Source: an uncultured Acidobacteriota bacterium
GTDB taxonomy: Bacteria; Acidobacteriota; Thermoanaerobaculia; Gp7-AA8
Length of the DNA stretch: 64,000 nucleotides
Direction of reading: 5' to 3'
Assembly (NCBI GenBank): GCA_963822445.1
Contig: CAWGHO010000002.1
Coordinates: 640,001 to 704,000 of the forward strand
How positions within the stretch are numbered: position 1 is the first letter of the stretch; each line of letters opens with the position of its first letter. The notes under the pieces are model-generated. The model made no database searches, had not been told where the DNA came from, and saw only the letters and a list, made by a program, of their open reading frames with translations. Position numbers and translations under genes: made by a program. Below, piece by piece: positions 36,821-47,702 of the stretch.

Positions 36821-37795
36821 CTACTGCCGCGCGCCGTCCGGCTCGGCAGCGATGCGCAGGTGCGCGACGGTCTCACGCAGCTCGCGCTCGAGCTGATCGT
36901 TGGTGATGCCCTCGCCGAGCTCGATGACGCGCTCGGAAGACCAGCGGCCGTCCTCGTAGATCACGAAGCGGAACGTGCTCTCGGGCGTGTAGAGGATCAC
37001 CCGGCCTTCGCTGATGAGCGCGCGTACCGGTGCGCCGGTGCTCGAAGCGATTTTGGCGTTAGGCAGGCGTTCGCCGCTGCGTCCGACCGGCTTCCAGATG
37101 CGTGCGTTGGGAACGGGCTTCGGCGTGATGCGCACGCGCGTCACAGCCGTCGACGCGTGCGCGCCGAACAGGACGTCGACGCCGTCGCCGCTGCGCGTCA
37201 TGGCCAGCGGGGGGTGCAGGACTTCGAGCATCGGCTCGCGGGACAGCGCCTGAGCGGAGTTCACCGCGGCGAGCGTGTTCAGATCGGAGATGTTCGTCGA
37301 AGCGAGCTGTCCCCGCTCGAACGCAACGAGCGCGTATTCGGCAACCGGGTCGCCGGTCATGCTCCACCAGACGGCGTGCACGAGAATCGAGTCCTCGCCT
37401 TCGACGGAACGGCTCATCACAGCCTGCAGGCCGACTCGTTTCGCGAGGCTCACCGGCGCCACTTCCAGCGGCTCGGACCAGTTCCCGCCCGGATCGAGGC
37501 GCGCCATCAGGATCTGCTCGCCGCTTTCCGAGGTCCTGGTCCAGAGCACGAACAGCGCGGAGGACTTCGCGTCCCACATCAGGGTTGCCTGCGATTCGAA
37601 GGCCTTGTCGCCGGTCGTCGGGACGAGCAGGCGCGTCTTGGTCCGTCCGACGCGCCGCACGATGTTGAGGCGGCCGGTCGCGTTGTCGGCCGTGTAGACG
37701 GCACCGTCCGTACCGAGGACGGGCGCCGTCTCCTCACCGGCCGCGGCGAGCGCGGTCAGGAGGACCAGGGCGAGGATTGCGATGTAGCGCGTCAT
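36821..37795 (-). CDS. Secreted hypothetical protein
   Basis: Signal peptide, beta-rich sequence, 324 aa; starts 5 nt after the TPR gene stop. Confidence 0.7.
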   Translation of the reverse strand: MTRYIAILALVLLTALAAAGEETAPVLGTDGAVYTADNATGRLNIVRRVGRTKTRLLVPTTGDKAFESQATLMWDAKSSALFVLWTRTSESGEQILMARLDPGGNWSEPLEVAPVSLAKRVGLQAVMSRSVEGEDSILVHAVWWSMTGDPVAEYALVAFERGQLASTNISDLNTLAAVNSAQALSREPMLEVLHPPLAMTRSGDGVDVLFGAHASTAVTRVRITPKPVPNARIWKPVGRSGERLPNAKIASSTGAPVRALISEGRVILYTPESTFRFVIYEDGRWSSERVIELGEGITNDQLERELRETVAHLRIAAEPDGARQ

Positions 37796-37800
37796 CTTGG

Positions 37801-38718
37801 TCAGCTCTTCCAGTTGATGACGGCGCAGAGGTCGACGCCGACGAGAAGCTCTTTGACGTGGCGGAAGTCGGGATAGAAGCTGGCCACGACGTCGAAACAG
37901 CGATCGGCTTCCGCGTACCGGTCGGTGCGGACGCAGGTTTCGCCGAGGAGGTAGTTGCCGTTGCGGACTTGCCTGGGAATCTGCGCGAGACGAAGCCCTT
38001 CGCGCGCGCAGGCCTCGGCGCGCTCGTACGTCCCGAGCTCGAGATGCGCATACGCGAGATCGAGATACGCCTCGGACCGCGCGTAGTCCTCGTCGAGGAG
38101 CTCCGCGGTGCGGTCCAGGAGATCGATGCCTTCCTGATAGTCGCCGCTCAGCACTTTGGCCCCGCCGAGGTTCGCGAGCACGGCGATGCGCAGCGCGGCA
38201 GCGCGCGTGTCGTCCTCGCCGAGCGTGGCCAATGCGGCGAGCGCCTCATCGAATGCTTCGATGGACTTGGCGAACTGCGAATCCGCGACCAGGGTGATGC
38301 CGTGGTGATTGAGCACGCTGGCGCGGGCCATCGGCTCGCCGAGCTCCGCCGCGGCGGTGCGAGCGATCTCGCCGTAGAAGATGGCGCGCTTGCGATCCTC
38401 CGCCTCGGTGAAGCGGCGGATGAGCACTGCCGCGGCCATGTAGACCAGCCGCGTGGAGCGGCGGCGGATGACGATTCCCGGCAACTGCCCGATCTCGACG
38501 CCATCGCGCTGCGCGGCGATCAACGCCTCGGCTTTGCGGATGGTGACCAGCTCCCGGACATCCTCGGACTCGACCACCGTGAACGCGCGGTCGTAAAGGG
38601 CAATCGCCGCGTCGACGTCGCCACGCCACATCTCCTGTAAGCCGTTCTCACAGAGTTGCAGCGCTTCCTGGTCGTTCTCGATCATCAATAGGTCCACCGG
38701 GGCGGGAGTTGCGTGCAT
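37801..38718 (-). CDS. Tetratricopeptide-repeat protein
   Basis: Repeated helical TPR-like units (ASVLNHHG...A...FDEAL; LANLG...G.Y.E). Confidence 0.75.
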   Translation of the reverse strand: MHATPAPVDLLMIENDQEALQLCENGLQEMWRGDVDAAIALYDRAFTVVESEDVRELVTIRKAEALIAAQRDGVEIGQLPGIVIRRRSTRLVYMAAAVLIRRFTEAEDRKRAIFYGEIARTAAAELGEPMARASVLNHHGITLVADSQFAKSIEAFDEALAALATLGEDDTRAAALRIAVLANLGGAKVLSGDYQEGIDLLDRTAELLDEDYARSEAYLDLAYAHLELGTYERAEACAREGLRLAQIPRQVRNGNYLLGETCVRTDRYAEADRCFDVVASFYPDFRHVKELLVGVDLCAVINWKS

Positions 38719-38719
38719 T

Positions 38720-40582
38720 CTAGCTGGATTTATTCAGAATTGAGTCAATTGTTCCCTGCGAAACGGGGTGGTAGGTCGGGCGCGCTTTCGCGTAGACCCG
38801 GCGGGCGAACGCGAGGTCCTCGGGGTTCGTCGCCAGCTTCTCGTAAATCGGCCTCAGAAACTTGCGCCGTCCCTGGATGGTCAGGAAGCGCTCGATGGCC
38901 GGCCAGGCCTCTTTGTAGCGGGTATCGATCGACTTTTCGAGCCACGCGGAAAGGACTTCGTTGTTGCCGCTGTCGCTGAAGTGGAAGCGGCTGTCGAGCT
39001 CGGCCATGCGCTCCGGCGCGATCTTCGGCAGGGACTGGATGAAGTGCTGTTTCTCGTGCGACGACCAGCCGGTCATGTTCACGGCCGCGGCCGGTCCGCC
39101 ATCGGCGAACGCCTTGGCCTGTGCCTCGACCTTCGTGAATGCTTCCGAACTGGGCGCCGGCGCGTTCGCGGGGATGCCCGGGCCGTGAATCCATTCGTCG
39201 ATGTTTACCTTCTGCACGACGTCGGGAAGCTTCGCGCGGATGTGCTCGACGAACTTCGTCGTAGTCATCGGCTTGAACGCGTTCTCGTCGAAGTACGCGC
39301 GGAGGAATTGATCCCACTTTTCGCGTCCGGCGGTCTGCTCGAGCAATCGCAGGAAGAGCGCGCCTTTTTCGTAGACCGTGCTCGGGGCGTCGTCGGGATC
39401 GCGTCCGGTGAGATCGACGTAGAGGTGCTGATCTTTTTCCGGCAGCGGGGCGAGCAGCTCCTTCAACTCAGTGACGCCGAGGAGCCAGAGCATCTCGTCG
39501 TATTCACGGCCGTAGATCTTTTCGATGATGCGATGCTCGAAGTAAGTGGTGAAGCCTTCGTTGAGCCAGAAGTCGTTCCAGGTCGCGTTCGTGACGAGAT
39601 TGCCGGACCACGAATGCGCGAGCTCATGGGCGATGAGCGAGACCAGCGACTTGTCGCCGGCGATGACGGTCGGCGTGAGGAACGTCAGCCGCGGATTTTC
39701 CATCCCGCCGTACGGGAAGCTCGGCGGAAGAACGAGCAGGTCGTACCTTCCCCATCGATACGGACCGTAAAGCTCCTCGGCCGCGGCGATCATCTTCGGC
39801 GTGTCGCTGAACTCCGCGGCGGCCTTTTCGATCAGCGGCGGCTCCGCATACACACCGCTCCGCGTATCGAACGGACGAAACTCGAGATCGCCCACCGCAA
39901 CCGCTAGCAGGTACGCGGGCACGGGCTGCGGCATCCGGAAGTGATAGACGCCTTCCGCGTTCTTCGCCTGCGGGTTTTCCGCGCTCATGACCGCGAGAAG
40001 CTCCTTCGGCACGCGGAGCGTCGCCTCGTACGTGAAGCGCGAGCCCGGCGAGTCCTGACAGGGCACCCAGCTCCTCGCGAGAATGGCCTGGGACTGGGAG
40101 AGCAGGAAGGGATGCTTCTTGCCCGCGGTCATGGCCGGCTCGAGCCACTGCAGCGCGCGCGCGGTCGGACTCGATGCGTATTCGATGGTGACGCCGGTCG
40201 TCTCGGAATGAAGCGGGATCTCCAGCGCCCGGCCCTTGATCGCATCCTCGGGACCGAGCTTGAAGTCGGTCGTGGCGTTGCCCGGCTGCAAGGTCACTTT
40301 GCGGATGTCGAGACCGGCCGTGTCGAGAATCAGCGCGGTCGCATCGGGTTGCTTCTTCACGCGAAGCGTTGCCGTCCCGGTGAGCTGCTTCTTCGCGAAA
40401 TCGACGGTGAGATCGAGAGCGATGTGCTCCACGCGGGCTTGATCGGGCCGCGCGTATGAGTGCGGATCGAGGGAGGTCGCCGCGGCCGCGGCGGGCTTCG
40501 GCGCCGCGGTTTCAGTCTGCGGCTGTTCGGCGCGGCAGGCGGCGAGGATGAGGAGCGTGATGCAGAGGGTCAGTCGCTTCAT
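38720..40582 (-). CDS. M1 family zinc aminopeptidase (leukotriene A4 hydrolase-like), probable lipoprotein
   Basis: GGMEN, HELAH-x18-E (WLNEGF) and YEKG motifs; lipobox ILAAC. Confidence 0.95.
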   Translation of the reverse strand: MKRLTLCITLLILAACRAEQPQTETAAPKPAAAAATSLDPHSYARPDQARVEHIALDLTVDFAKKQLTGTATLRVKKQPDATALILDTAGLDIRKVTLQPGNATTDFKLGPEDAIKGRALEIPLHSETTGVTIEYASSPTARALQWLEPAMTAGKKHPFLLSQSQAILARSWVPCQDSPGSRFTYEATLRVPKELLAVMSAENPQAKNAEGVYHFRMPQPVPAYLLAVAVGDLEFRPFDTRSGVYAEPPLIEKAAAEFSDTPKMIAAAEELYGPYRWGRYDLLVLPPSFPYGGMENPRLTFLTPTVIAGDKSLVSLIAHELAHSWSGNLVTNATWNDFWLNEGFTTYFEHRIIEKIYGREYDEMLWLLGVTELKELLAPLPEKDQHLYVDLTGRDPDDAPSTVYEKGALFLRLLEQTAGREKWDQFLRAYFDENAFKPMTTTKFVEHIRAKLPDVVQKVNIDEWIHGPGIPANAPAPSSEAFTKVEAQAKAFADGGPAAAVNMTGWSSHEKQHFIQSLPKIAPERMAELDSRFHFSDSGNNEVLSAWLEKSIDTRYKEAWPAIERFLTIQGRRKFLRPIYEKLATNPEDLAFARRVYAKARPTYHPVSQGTIDSILNKSS

Positions 40583-40629
40583 GAGGGTCGCGAATTTACC
40601 GCATAGAATCCTGACCGCAGGCAAAACCC

Positions 40630-43032
40630 ATGTCACTTCCGTCCGGCACACGGCTGGGGCCGTACGAGATCCTCACGCCGATCGGCTCCGGCGGAATGGG
40701 TGACGTCTACCGCGCCCGCGACACGCGCCTCGATCGCGACGTCGCTGTCAAAGTCCTGCCCGAGCGTTTCGTGCGCGACGCCGAAGCCCGGGCGCGGTTC
40801 GAGCGGGAGGCCAAGGCCGTCGCCGCGCTCAGCCATCCGAACATCCTCGCCATTCACGACTACGGCTCCACCGACGACGCCGCGTACAGCGTCACCGAGC
40901 TCCTCGAAGGGCAGACTCTCCGCCAGCGCCTGCACGAGGGACCGCTGCCGTGGCGCAAGACGGTGGAGATCGCCGCGGCGCTCGCGGACGGACTCGCCGT
41001 CGCGCACGCGAAGGGCATCATTCATCGCGATCTCAAGCCGGAGAACATCTTCCTCACCGACGACGGCCGCCTGAAGATCCTCGACTTCGGCATCGCCCAG
41101 CTCAAGCGGATCGAGCCCTCCAGCCCCGACATCGACGTCTCCACGATTCCCACCGCGCCGCTGAAAACCGATCCCGGCGCGGTCATGGGAACGGCGGGGT
41201 ACATGGCGCCGGAGCAGCTGCGCGGCGAAGAGGTCGACGCCACGACCGACATCTTCGCCCTCGGCTCGGTCCTCTACGAGATGGCCACGGGAAAGCCCGC
41301 GTTCATCCGCGCCACGGTCATCGATTCGCTCTCGGCGATCCTCACCGATACGCCGGACGTCTTCACCGTCTCCGAGCGGATGATCCCCTTCGAGCTGGCC
41401 CGCGTGATCCAGCGCTGTCTCGAGAAAAATCGCGCGGAGCGGTTTCAATCCGCGCGCGATCTCTCGTTCGCACTGCGCGCGATCGGAACGTCGACCAGCC
41501 TGAGCTTCGAGTTGCCGCAACGCGAGCGGAGACGGCGGATGGTGATGTGGGCCATCGGCATCGCCGCCGCGGCCATCCTCACCATCGCTTCATTCGTCGT
41601 GCTCCGCGACGATTTCGGCGTGCAGTCGCCGATCCGGCGAACCGAGGCGCGGCCGATCCGGGCGATCGCCATCCTCCCGTTCGTGAACGCCACCGGCGAT
41701 CGCGAGGCCGAGTATCTGTCCGACGGCGTGACCGAGACGCTGATCAACACACTCGCCCAGGTGCCGGGCGTCAGGGTCATGTCCCGGACTTCAGTCTTTC
41801 ATTACAAAGGCGCTCCCGCCGATCCGAAGCGCGTCGGCCGCGAGCTTCGCGTCAACCTGGTGGTCGTCGGGCGGATCGAGGAAGTCGGCGGCCGGCTGGT
41901 GGTGAGCGCAGAGCTGATCGACGCGAACGACGCCTCGCTGATCTGGGGCAATCGCTACGAGATCGCCCGCGCCGACCTGTTCCCGGTCCAGCAATCCATC
42001 GCCTCGGAGATCGCACGCACGCTGCGCCTGCAGCTCGGCGGCCGCGAGCAGCAACTGCTTTCCAAGCGACACACGAGCGATCCCCGCGCGTTCGAGCTGT
42101 ACCTGAAAGGCCGCTTCCAGTGGAACAAGCGCAACGCCGAGGGGCTGTACAGGGCGATCGAGTTCTTCAATCAGGCGATCGAGATCGATCCGCAGTACGC
42201 GCTCGCGTATGCCGGACTGGCCGACGTCTACAACCTGCTGGACATCTGGGCCGGCCTACCGACGAAGGAAACCTTCCCGCGCGCGAAGGCCGCCGCGGAA
42301 AAGGCGTTGTCGATCGACGATGAACTGGCCGAGGCGCACACGTCGCTCGCGTACGCGATCCAGACTTACGAGTGGGATTGGAACGCCGCGGAGAAAGAGT
42401 ACAAACGCGCGCTCGAGCTCAACCCCAACTACGCGACCGCGCATCAGTGGTACGCGGAGTTCCTCACCGCTGTCGGCCGCTTCGATGAGGCCGAACGGGA
42501 AGGACGGAAGGCGTTGTCGCTCGATCCGATGTCGCCGATCATCAACGCCGTCGTGGCCTGGAATCGCACCATGGCCCGCCGCTACGACACGGCGATCGAG
42601 CAGGGCATCCGCGCGACGCAGCTCTTCCCCGACTTCATGGCCGCCCACGCATACCTCGGCCTCGCCTATCTCGAATCGGGCAAACCGCAGGACGCGCTCG
42701 TTTCGCTTCGGCGCGCGCGCGACCTTCTGGACATCGTCGTGATCGAGACCTGGCTCGCGCGTGCGGAGCTGGCCTCAGGCAATCGCGCAGCGGCGGAGAA
42801 GATCGCTCGCGATCTCGAGTCGCGCGGATCGCGCGAATATCTCCCGCCGTACTACATGGCCGTGCTGTACGCGCATCTCGGCGATCGCGATCGAGCGTTC
42901 GCGGAGATGAATCGCGCCGTGGCCGAGAGAACGGGCGCGATGGTGTGGGTCGGCGTCGACCCGGCGCTCGATCCGCTGCGCGGTGATCCGCGGTTTCGCG
43001 CCACTAGCGTTGATACGCGTACGAAACCTTGA
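40630..43032 (+). CDS. Ser/Thr kinase with TM, TolB-N-like and TPR domains
   Basis: GSGGMG, HRDLKPEN, DFG and YMAPEQ; IAILPFVN..EYLSDG; multiple TPRs. Confidence 0.93.
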   Translation: MSLPSGTRLGPYEILTPIGSGGMGDVYRARDTRLDRDVAVKVLPERFVRDAEARARFEREAKAVAALSHPNILAIHDYGSTDDAAYSVTELLEGQTLRQRLHEGPLPWRKTVEIAAALADGLAVAHAKGIIHRDLKPENIFLTDDGRLKILDFGIAQLKRIEPSSPDIDVSTIPTAPLKTDPGAVMGTAGYMAPEQLRGEEVDATTDIFALGSVLYEMATGKPAFIRATVIDSLSAILTDTPDVFTVSERMIPFELARVIQRCLEKNRAERFQSARDLSFALRAIGTSTSLSFELPQRERRRRMVMWAIGIAAAAILTIASFVVLRDDFGVQSPIRRTEARPIRAIAILPFVNATGDREAEYLSDGVTETLINTLAQVPGVRVMSRTSVFHYKGAPADPKRVGRELRVNLVVVGRIEEVGGRLVVSAELIDANDASLIWGNRYEIARADLFPVQQSIASEIARTLRLQLGGREQQLLSKRHTSDPRAFELYLKGRFQWNKRNAEGLYRAIEFFNQAIEIDPQYALAYAGLADVYNLLDIWAGLPTKETFPRAKAAAEKALSIDDELAEAHTSLAYAIQTYEWDWNAAEKEYKRALELNPNYATAHQWYAEFLTAVGRFDEAEREGRKALSLDPMSPIINAVVAWNRTMARRYDTAIEQGIRATQLFPDFMAAHAYLGLAYLESGKPQDALVSLRRARDLLDIVVIETWLARAELASGNRAAAEKIARDLESRGSREYLPPYYMAVLYAHLGDRDRAFAEMNRAVAERTGAMVWVGVDPALDPLRGDPRFRATSVDTRTKP

Positions 43033-45229
43033 AGAACATCGACCGTCCCGTCGGCTCGAGATCATTCCCCGACGCCAGCGCTCGGTTGTCGCCGTAGCCG
43101 ACGAAGAGCACTGTCTGCCAGTTCAACTTGTAGCTATACAGGACGCTGCCGGAGAATGACCCGCCCTTGCCCGATCCGCTTTCGTTGGTGATGTAGGAGC
43201 CGATGACGCGCAGCAGCGATTTCGCCGAAAAGCTGTACTGCACGCGCAGCCGCTCGATCAGCGCGGTGTAAAGGCGGCTTCCGTCGATGTCGAGCGTTTC
43301 GCGGCTCGCGTCGATGCGCAGATCGAGACGATCGTGCGGACGGACCGTCGTGCCGAGAGAGATCGAATTGACGTCGCCGACCTGGCGGCTGCCGAAATCG
43401 ATCGACTCGCCGAAACGCCCCGAGAGCGTGACGCGCGGAATGCGCCGGAAGGGATCGAACTGCAGGAAATACTCGACGTACGACTGCTCGAACATCTCAC
43501 CGTCGAACAGCACCCTTTCCCTGGGATTCACGCCGAAGAAGAAGTTGGTGTTCTTCACGCCGACGCCTTCGACGCCGGCCGTTACGCTCTCGAACAGCGT
43601 GTTGTTGTCGCTGTCCACCTGCCGGACGACCGACACGCTCGGCCGCCAGAAACGGATCATTCCCTCGGGGTAGTAACGAAGTCCGCCGCCCGCCTGGACG
43701 TCGCGGTAGCCGGACTGGGTGACGAATCCGAGGTCGGCGCGGAACTCATCGCCGACGTCGCGGCCGCGGACGAACCAGTCGTAGCCGCGCTTCTGGTGCG
43801 ACCAGGCCAGACTCAGCGCATGGGACGTCTCGCTGTCGCCGGTGAATGTGCGATGCAGGTCGGGACGATTCGGATTCTGGGTATCGCTCAGCAGAAACTG
43901 CGCGGTCAATGTGTCGCTGTTGTTCGGGCGCCACTGGAAGTCGGGTCCGATCACGCGGTTATGACCGCCGTCGCTGATCTCGCGCGACGTGAGCACGGCG
44001 CCGACGAATCCCTTGCCGAGATCGTGGCGCACGCGGCCGATGGTCGAGTACGACTTGAAGTCGGCCACCGCGAATTCGTTCGCCTGCGCGCCGGGCAGGA
44101 TGATGCCGCCGCCGCCCTCATCTTCCGCGATGAGGAGCGTGTATGCCGTCGAACCGAACTGGCCCGTGCTGCGCAAGCCCGCGCGCGGATCGGCGATGTT
44201 GCGCGTGTAGGCGACGTTGAGCGGCGTGTCGAAGAGATCGAGCCCTTCGAGGAAGAACGGGCGTTTCTCGTCATAAAAAACGGCGAATCGTCGATTGACG
44301 GTGATCTGGGGAACATCCGCCTCGATCTGTGAGAAGTCGGGATTGAGCGTGAGATCGAGGGCGCTGTTCGCGCTCGGGTTCCACTTCACGTCCAGACCGG
44401 CGTCGCTCTCGAGGTCACCGGTTTGGAGAGACGCGCCGAGAGGATCGTTCGGGCGCAGCGCCGCGCTTTGCTGCGCGGTCACGTACGGCGCGACCACGAG
44501 ATTGCTGGAGTCGGGCAGACCGGTGATCCCCGTCAACGGATGCATGTTGCAGATCAGGCAATTGCCGCCGCGAGGAATCGGCGCGCTGTGGAAGCCGTAG
44601 CGGAACTCGCGCGGGAAATTGCGCCAGACCAGGATGTTCCACGTCTGCGGATCGGTCTTGTCGTAACGCAGGGAGGAGAACGGAATGCGGAACTCGCCGC
44701 TCCAGCCCTTGTCGTCGATCTTCGCCGCGGTGTCGTAATAGAAGTCGGGCGAGAAGTCCTCGTTGAAATTCGCGTCGTTGAAAATGCCGTCGGCCTGAAT
44801 GCCGCGCGGGTTGAGGCGAAGCTCGATCGCCGAACGCTTGTCGTTCCGAGTGTCGAGGAAGACCGCGAAGTTGTCGTCGGTGCCGATGACGCCGTCCCGA
44901 TCGACAAACGGAGCGCGGATGTTCCGCGGCTGCGGATCGTCCGCACGAACGCCGATGTAGAAGTAGCGGTCGTCGTAAGTGACATACGCGACCGTGCGCA
45001 CTTTCGGCTCGGTGTTGTCGCCGGGCGAGGTCTCGTAAAACCGGTCGATGACCGTCGCCTCCTGCCAGCCCGGGTCGGAGAGATCGCCGTCGAGCGTGAT
45101 CGGCGCGGAGGTCTTCTTCAACATCTGCGGTGCGGGAGGCGGAGGCGCCTGCGGTGCCGCGGGCTGCTGCGCGAAAGCGAACGTGGCGCACAACAACGAC
45201 ACCGGCACGACGAGACGGCGAAAACGCAT
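43004..45229 (-). CDS. CBM9-like/DUF5916 outer-membrane protein
   Basis: ITLDGDLSDPGW and YDDRYFYIG (CBM9-like); LNPDFSQIEAD..EKRPFFLEG (DUF5916); aromatic beta-signal-like C-terminus FFKVSYAYQR. Confidence 0.85.
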   Translation of the reverse strand: MRFRRLVVPVSLLCATFAFAQQPAAPQAPPPPAPQMLKKTSAPITLDGDLSDPGWQEATVIDRFYETSPGDNTEPKVRTVAYVTYDDRYFYIGVRADDPQPRNIRAPFVDRDGVIGTDDNFAVFLDTRNDKRSAIELRLNPRGIQADGIFNDANFNEDFSPDFYYDTAAKIDDKGWSGEFRIPFSSLRYDKTDPQTWNILVWRNFPREFRYGFHSAPIPRGGNCLICNMHPLTGITGLPDSSNLVVAPYVTAQQSAALRPNDPLGASLQTGDLESDAGLDVKWNPSANSALDLTLNPDFSQIEADVPQITVNRRFAVFYDEKRPFFLEGLDLFDTPLNVAYTRNIADPRAGLRSTGQFGSTAYTLLIAEDEGGGGIILPGAQANEFAVADFKSYSTIGRVRHDLGKGFVGAVLTSREISDGGHNRVIGPDFQWRPNNSDTLTAQFLLSDTQNPNRPDLHRTFTGDSETSHALSLAWSHQKRGYDWFVRGRDVGDEFRADLGFVTQSGYRDVQAGGGLRYYPEGMIRFWRPSVSVVRQVDSDNNTLFESVTAGVEGVGVKNTNFFFGVNPRERVLFDGEMFEQSYVEYFLQFDPFRRIPRVTLSGRFGESIDFGSRQVGDVNSISLGTTVRPHDRLDLRIDASRETLDIDGSRLYTALIERLRVQYSFSAKSLLRVIGSYITNESGSGKGGSFSGSVLYSYKLNWQTVLFVGYGDNRALASGNDLEPTGRSMFFKVSYAYQR

Positions 45230-45309
45230 GCAGATCCTCCGTTTTGTACGAAGCACTACGTAGCGGCAGCGGCCCGGGTTGCAGGAGTGACGATCGGAAA
45301 CGGCCGCGG

Positions 45310-46245
45310 TTAGCTAACCACGGTCCGGAAATACTCAATCGTCCGCGTCAGCCCTTCCTCCAGCGGCACCTTCGGCTCCCAGCCCAGCAGGGCGCGGGCC
45401 TTGGTGATGTCCGGGCGGCGGATCTTGGGATCGTCCTCGGGCAGGGGCAGGAACTCGATCGGCGCGTTGCTGCCGGTCAGCCGTTTGATCTCTTGCGCGA
45501 ACTGCAGGACGGTCATCTCCGAGGGGTTGCCGATGTTCGTCGGATCGGAGTCTTCGGACATCAGCAGGCGGTAGATGCCTTCGACGAGATCGGAGACGTA
45601 GCAGAACGAGCGGGTCTGCGAGCCGTCGCCGAACACGGTCAGCGGCTCGTTGCGCAGCGCCTGCGAGATGAACGCCGGCACGACGCGGCCGTCGTTGACG
45701 CGCATCCGCTCGCCGTACGTGTTGAAGATGCGCACGATTCGCGTCTCGATCCCGTGAAAGCGGTGATAGGCCATGGTCATGGCCTCGGCGAAACGCTTGG
45801 CTTCGTCGTACACGCCGCGCGGGCCAACGGGGTTCACGTTGCCCCAGTAGTCCTCTCTCTGCGGGTGAATGAGCGGATCGCCGTAAACCTCGGACGTCGA
45901 CGCGATGAGGTATCGCGCTTTCTTGTCCTTCGCCACACCGAGGGTCTTGTGCGTGCCGAGCGAGCCGACCTTCAGCGTCTGGATCGGCTTTTCGAGATAG
46001 TCGATCGGGCTGGCCGGCGACGCGAAGTGCAGGACGTAATCGAGCGGACCGTCGATGTGGATGTAGGTCGTGACGTCCTGTTTGATGAACGTGAAGCCGT
46101 CCCGGCCGAAGAGATGCTTGATGTTGTCCGGCGAGCCGGTGATGAAGTTGTCCATGCAGACCACTTCATGTCCGCGCGAGAGGAACAGCTCGCAGAGGTG
46201 CGATCCGAGGAAGCCGGCCCCGCCGGTGATCAGCGCGCGGCCCAT
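45310..46245 (-). CDS. UDP-glucuronate decarboxylase (UXS-like) NAD-dependent epimerase/dehydratase
   Basis: [33 protein letters not shown] and YDEAKR motifs; coupled to ugd. Confidence 0.92.
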   Translation of the reverse strand: MGRALITGGAGFLGSHLCELFLSRGHEVVCMDNFITGSPDNIKHLFGRDGFTFIKQDVTTYIHIDGPLDYVLHFASPASPIDYLEKPIQTLKVGSLGTHKTLGVAKDKKARYLIASTSEVYGDPLIHPQREDYWGNVNPVGPRGVYDEAKRFAEAMTMAYHRFHGIETRIVRIFNTYGERMRVNDGRVVPAFISQALRNEPLTVFGDGSQTRSFCYVSDLVEGIYRLLMSEDSDPTNIGNPSEMTVLQFAQEIKRLTGSNAPIEFLPLPEDDPKIRRPDITKARALLGWEPKVPLEEGLTRTIEYFRTVVS

Positions 46246-47570
46246 CAGTTCTCTTTCGTCCTGACATCGTCGGCGCGGCCGACCGACGTGTAGGAGAAGC
46301 CGAGCGCGCGCATGCGATTGACGTCGTACACGTTCCGCAGGTCGACGAGAACCGGCGCGTTGAGAGCTTTCTTCACGCGATCGAAGTCGAGCGCGCGGAA
46401 GACGTTCCACTCCGTGGCCAGGACCAGCGCGTCGGAACCCTCCGCGGTGGCATAGGCGTCGTGGCAGTACTCGATGTCCTCGAAAAACTGCTTCGCGTTC
46501 TCCATGGCCTGCGGATCGTATGCTCGGATCCGCGCGCCGCGGGCCTGAAGTCCCTGGATGATCGGAATCGCCGGCGAGTCACGCATGTCGTCGGTCTCGG
46601 GCTTGAAGGCCAGGCCGAGAACGCCGATGGTCTTGCCTTTCACGCCGCCGTCGACAGCCTGGACGATCTTGTCGATCATGCGCATCTTCACGGCGTCGTT
46701 CACGCGCAGAACGGCTTCCATGATCTGAAACTCGTAGCCGTGGCGACGGGAGATCTCGGCCATGGCCGAGGTGTCTTTCGGGAAGCAGGAGCCGCCAAAG
46801 CCGGGGCCGGCCTGCAGGAACTTCGGACCGATGCGCGTGTCGAGGCCCATGCCGATGGCGACGTCGTGGACGTCCGCGCCGACCTTCTCGCAGACCACGG
46901 CGATCTCGTTGATGAAGGTGATCTTCGTCGCCAGAAACCCATTCGCGGCGTACTTGATGAGCTCCGACGACTCGACGTTGGTGACCACGAACGGGATCTC
47001 CAGCGAGTGGAGCGGCGCGTAGATCTCCTTCATCAGATCGGCCGACTCGGTATCGGAAGCGCCGATGACCACGCGGTCGGGCTTCATGAAGTCCTCGATG
47101 GCCGAGCCTTCGCGGAGGAACTCCGGATTGGAGACGATCGAAGCCTTATGACCGGTGTCGTGCGAGGCGATGATGCCTTCGATCATCCGGCCCGTGCCGA
47201 TGGGCACCGTCGACTTGGTGATGATCAGTTTCGGGCCGTTCATGTGCTCGGCGATGGAGTGGGCGACCTGCTCGACGAAGCGCAGATCGGCGGAGCCGTC
47301 CGCCTTGGGCGGCGTGCCGACGGCGATGAAGATCGCCCTCGCGCCGCTGATGGCTTCATTCAGGTCGGTGGTGAAGCGGAGACGCCCTTCCTTGACGTTT
47401 TTGCTGACCAGGTGATCGAGGCCCGGCTCGTAGATCGGAATCTGCCCATTCTGCAGGGCGTCGATTTTCTTGACATCGACGTCGACGCAAACCACGTCGT
47501 TGCCGAAGTCGGCCAGCCCGGCGCCGGTCACGAGGCCGACATATCCGGTGCCGATGACAGCGATATCCAC
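46245..47570 (-). CDS. ugd: UDP-glucose 6-dehydrogenase
   Basis: [29 protein letters not shown] and [10 protein letters not shown] motifs. Confidence 0.95.
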   Translation of the reverse strand: MDIAVIGTGYVGLVTGAGLADFGNDVVCVDVDVKKIDALQNGQIPIYEPGLDHLVSKNVKEGRLRFTTDLNEAISGARAIFIAVGTPPKADGSADLRFVEQVAHSIAEHMNGPKLIITKSTVPIGTGRMIEGIIASHDTGHKASIVSNPEFLREGSAIEDFMKPDRVVIGASDTESADLMKEIYAPLHSLEIPFVVTNVESSELIKYAANGFLATKITFINEIAVVCEKVGADVHDVAIGMGLDTRIGPKFLQAGPGFGGSCFPKDTSAMAEISRRHGYEFQIMEAVLRVNDAVKMRMIDKIVQAVDGGVKGKTIGVLGLAFKPETDDMRDSPAIPIIQGLQARGARIRAYDPQAMENAKQFFEDIEYCHDAYATAEGSDALVLATEWNVFRALDFDRVKKALNAPVLVDLRNVYDVNRMRALGFSYTSVGRADDVRTKEN

Positions 47571-47617
47571 TTAGAGATCCTCCGGGCGCAAAACGCGGCG
47601 CGCATCGTACCTTGAGA

Positions 47618-47702
47618 CAGCGGGCAGCGGGCAGTGGACAGCGGGCAGGAGAACCGTGGCGGGAGGCGGTCCTGCCCACTGCCCACTGCCCACTGCCTAC
47701 TG
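47618..47702. repeat. Inverted tandem-heptamer hairpin, unit CAGYGGG
   Basis: CAGCGGG CAGCGGG CAGTGGA CAGCGGG CAGGA ... TCCTGCCCA CTGCCCA CTGCCCA CTGCCTA CTG. Confidence 0.9.
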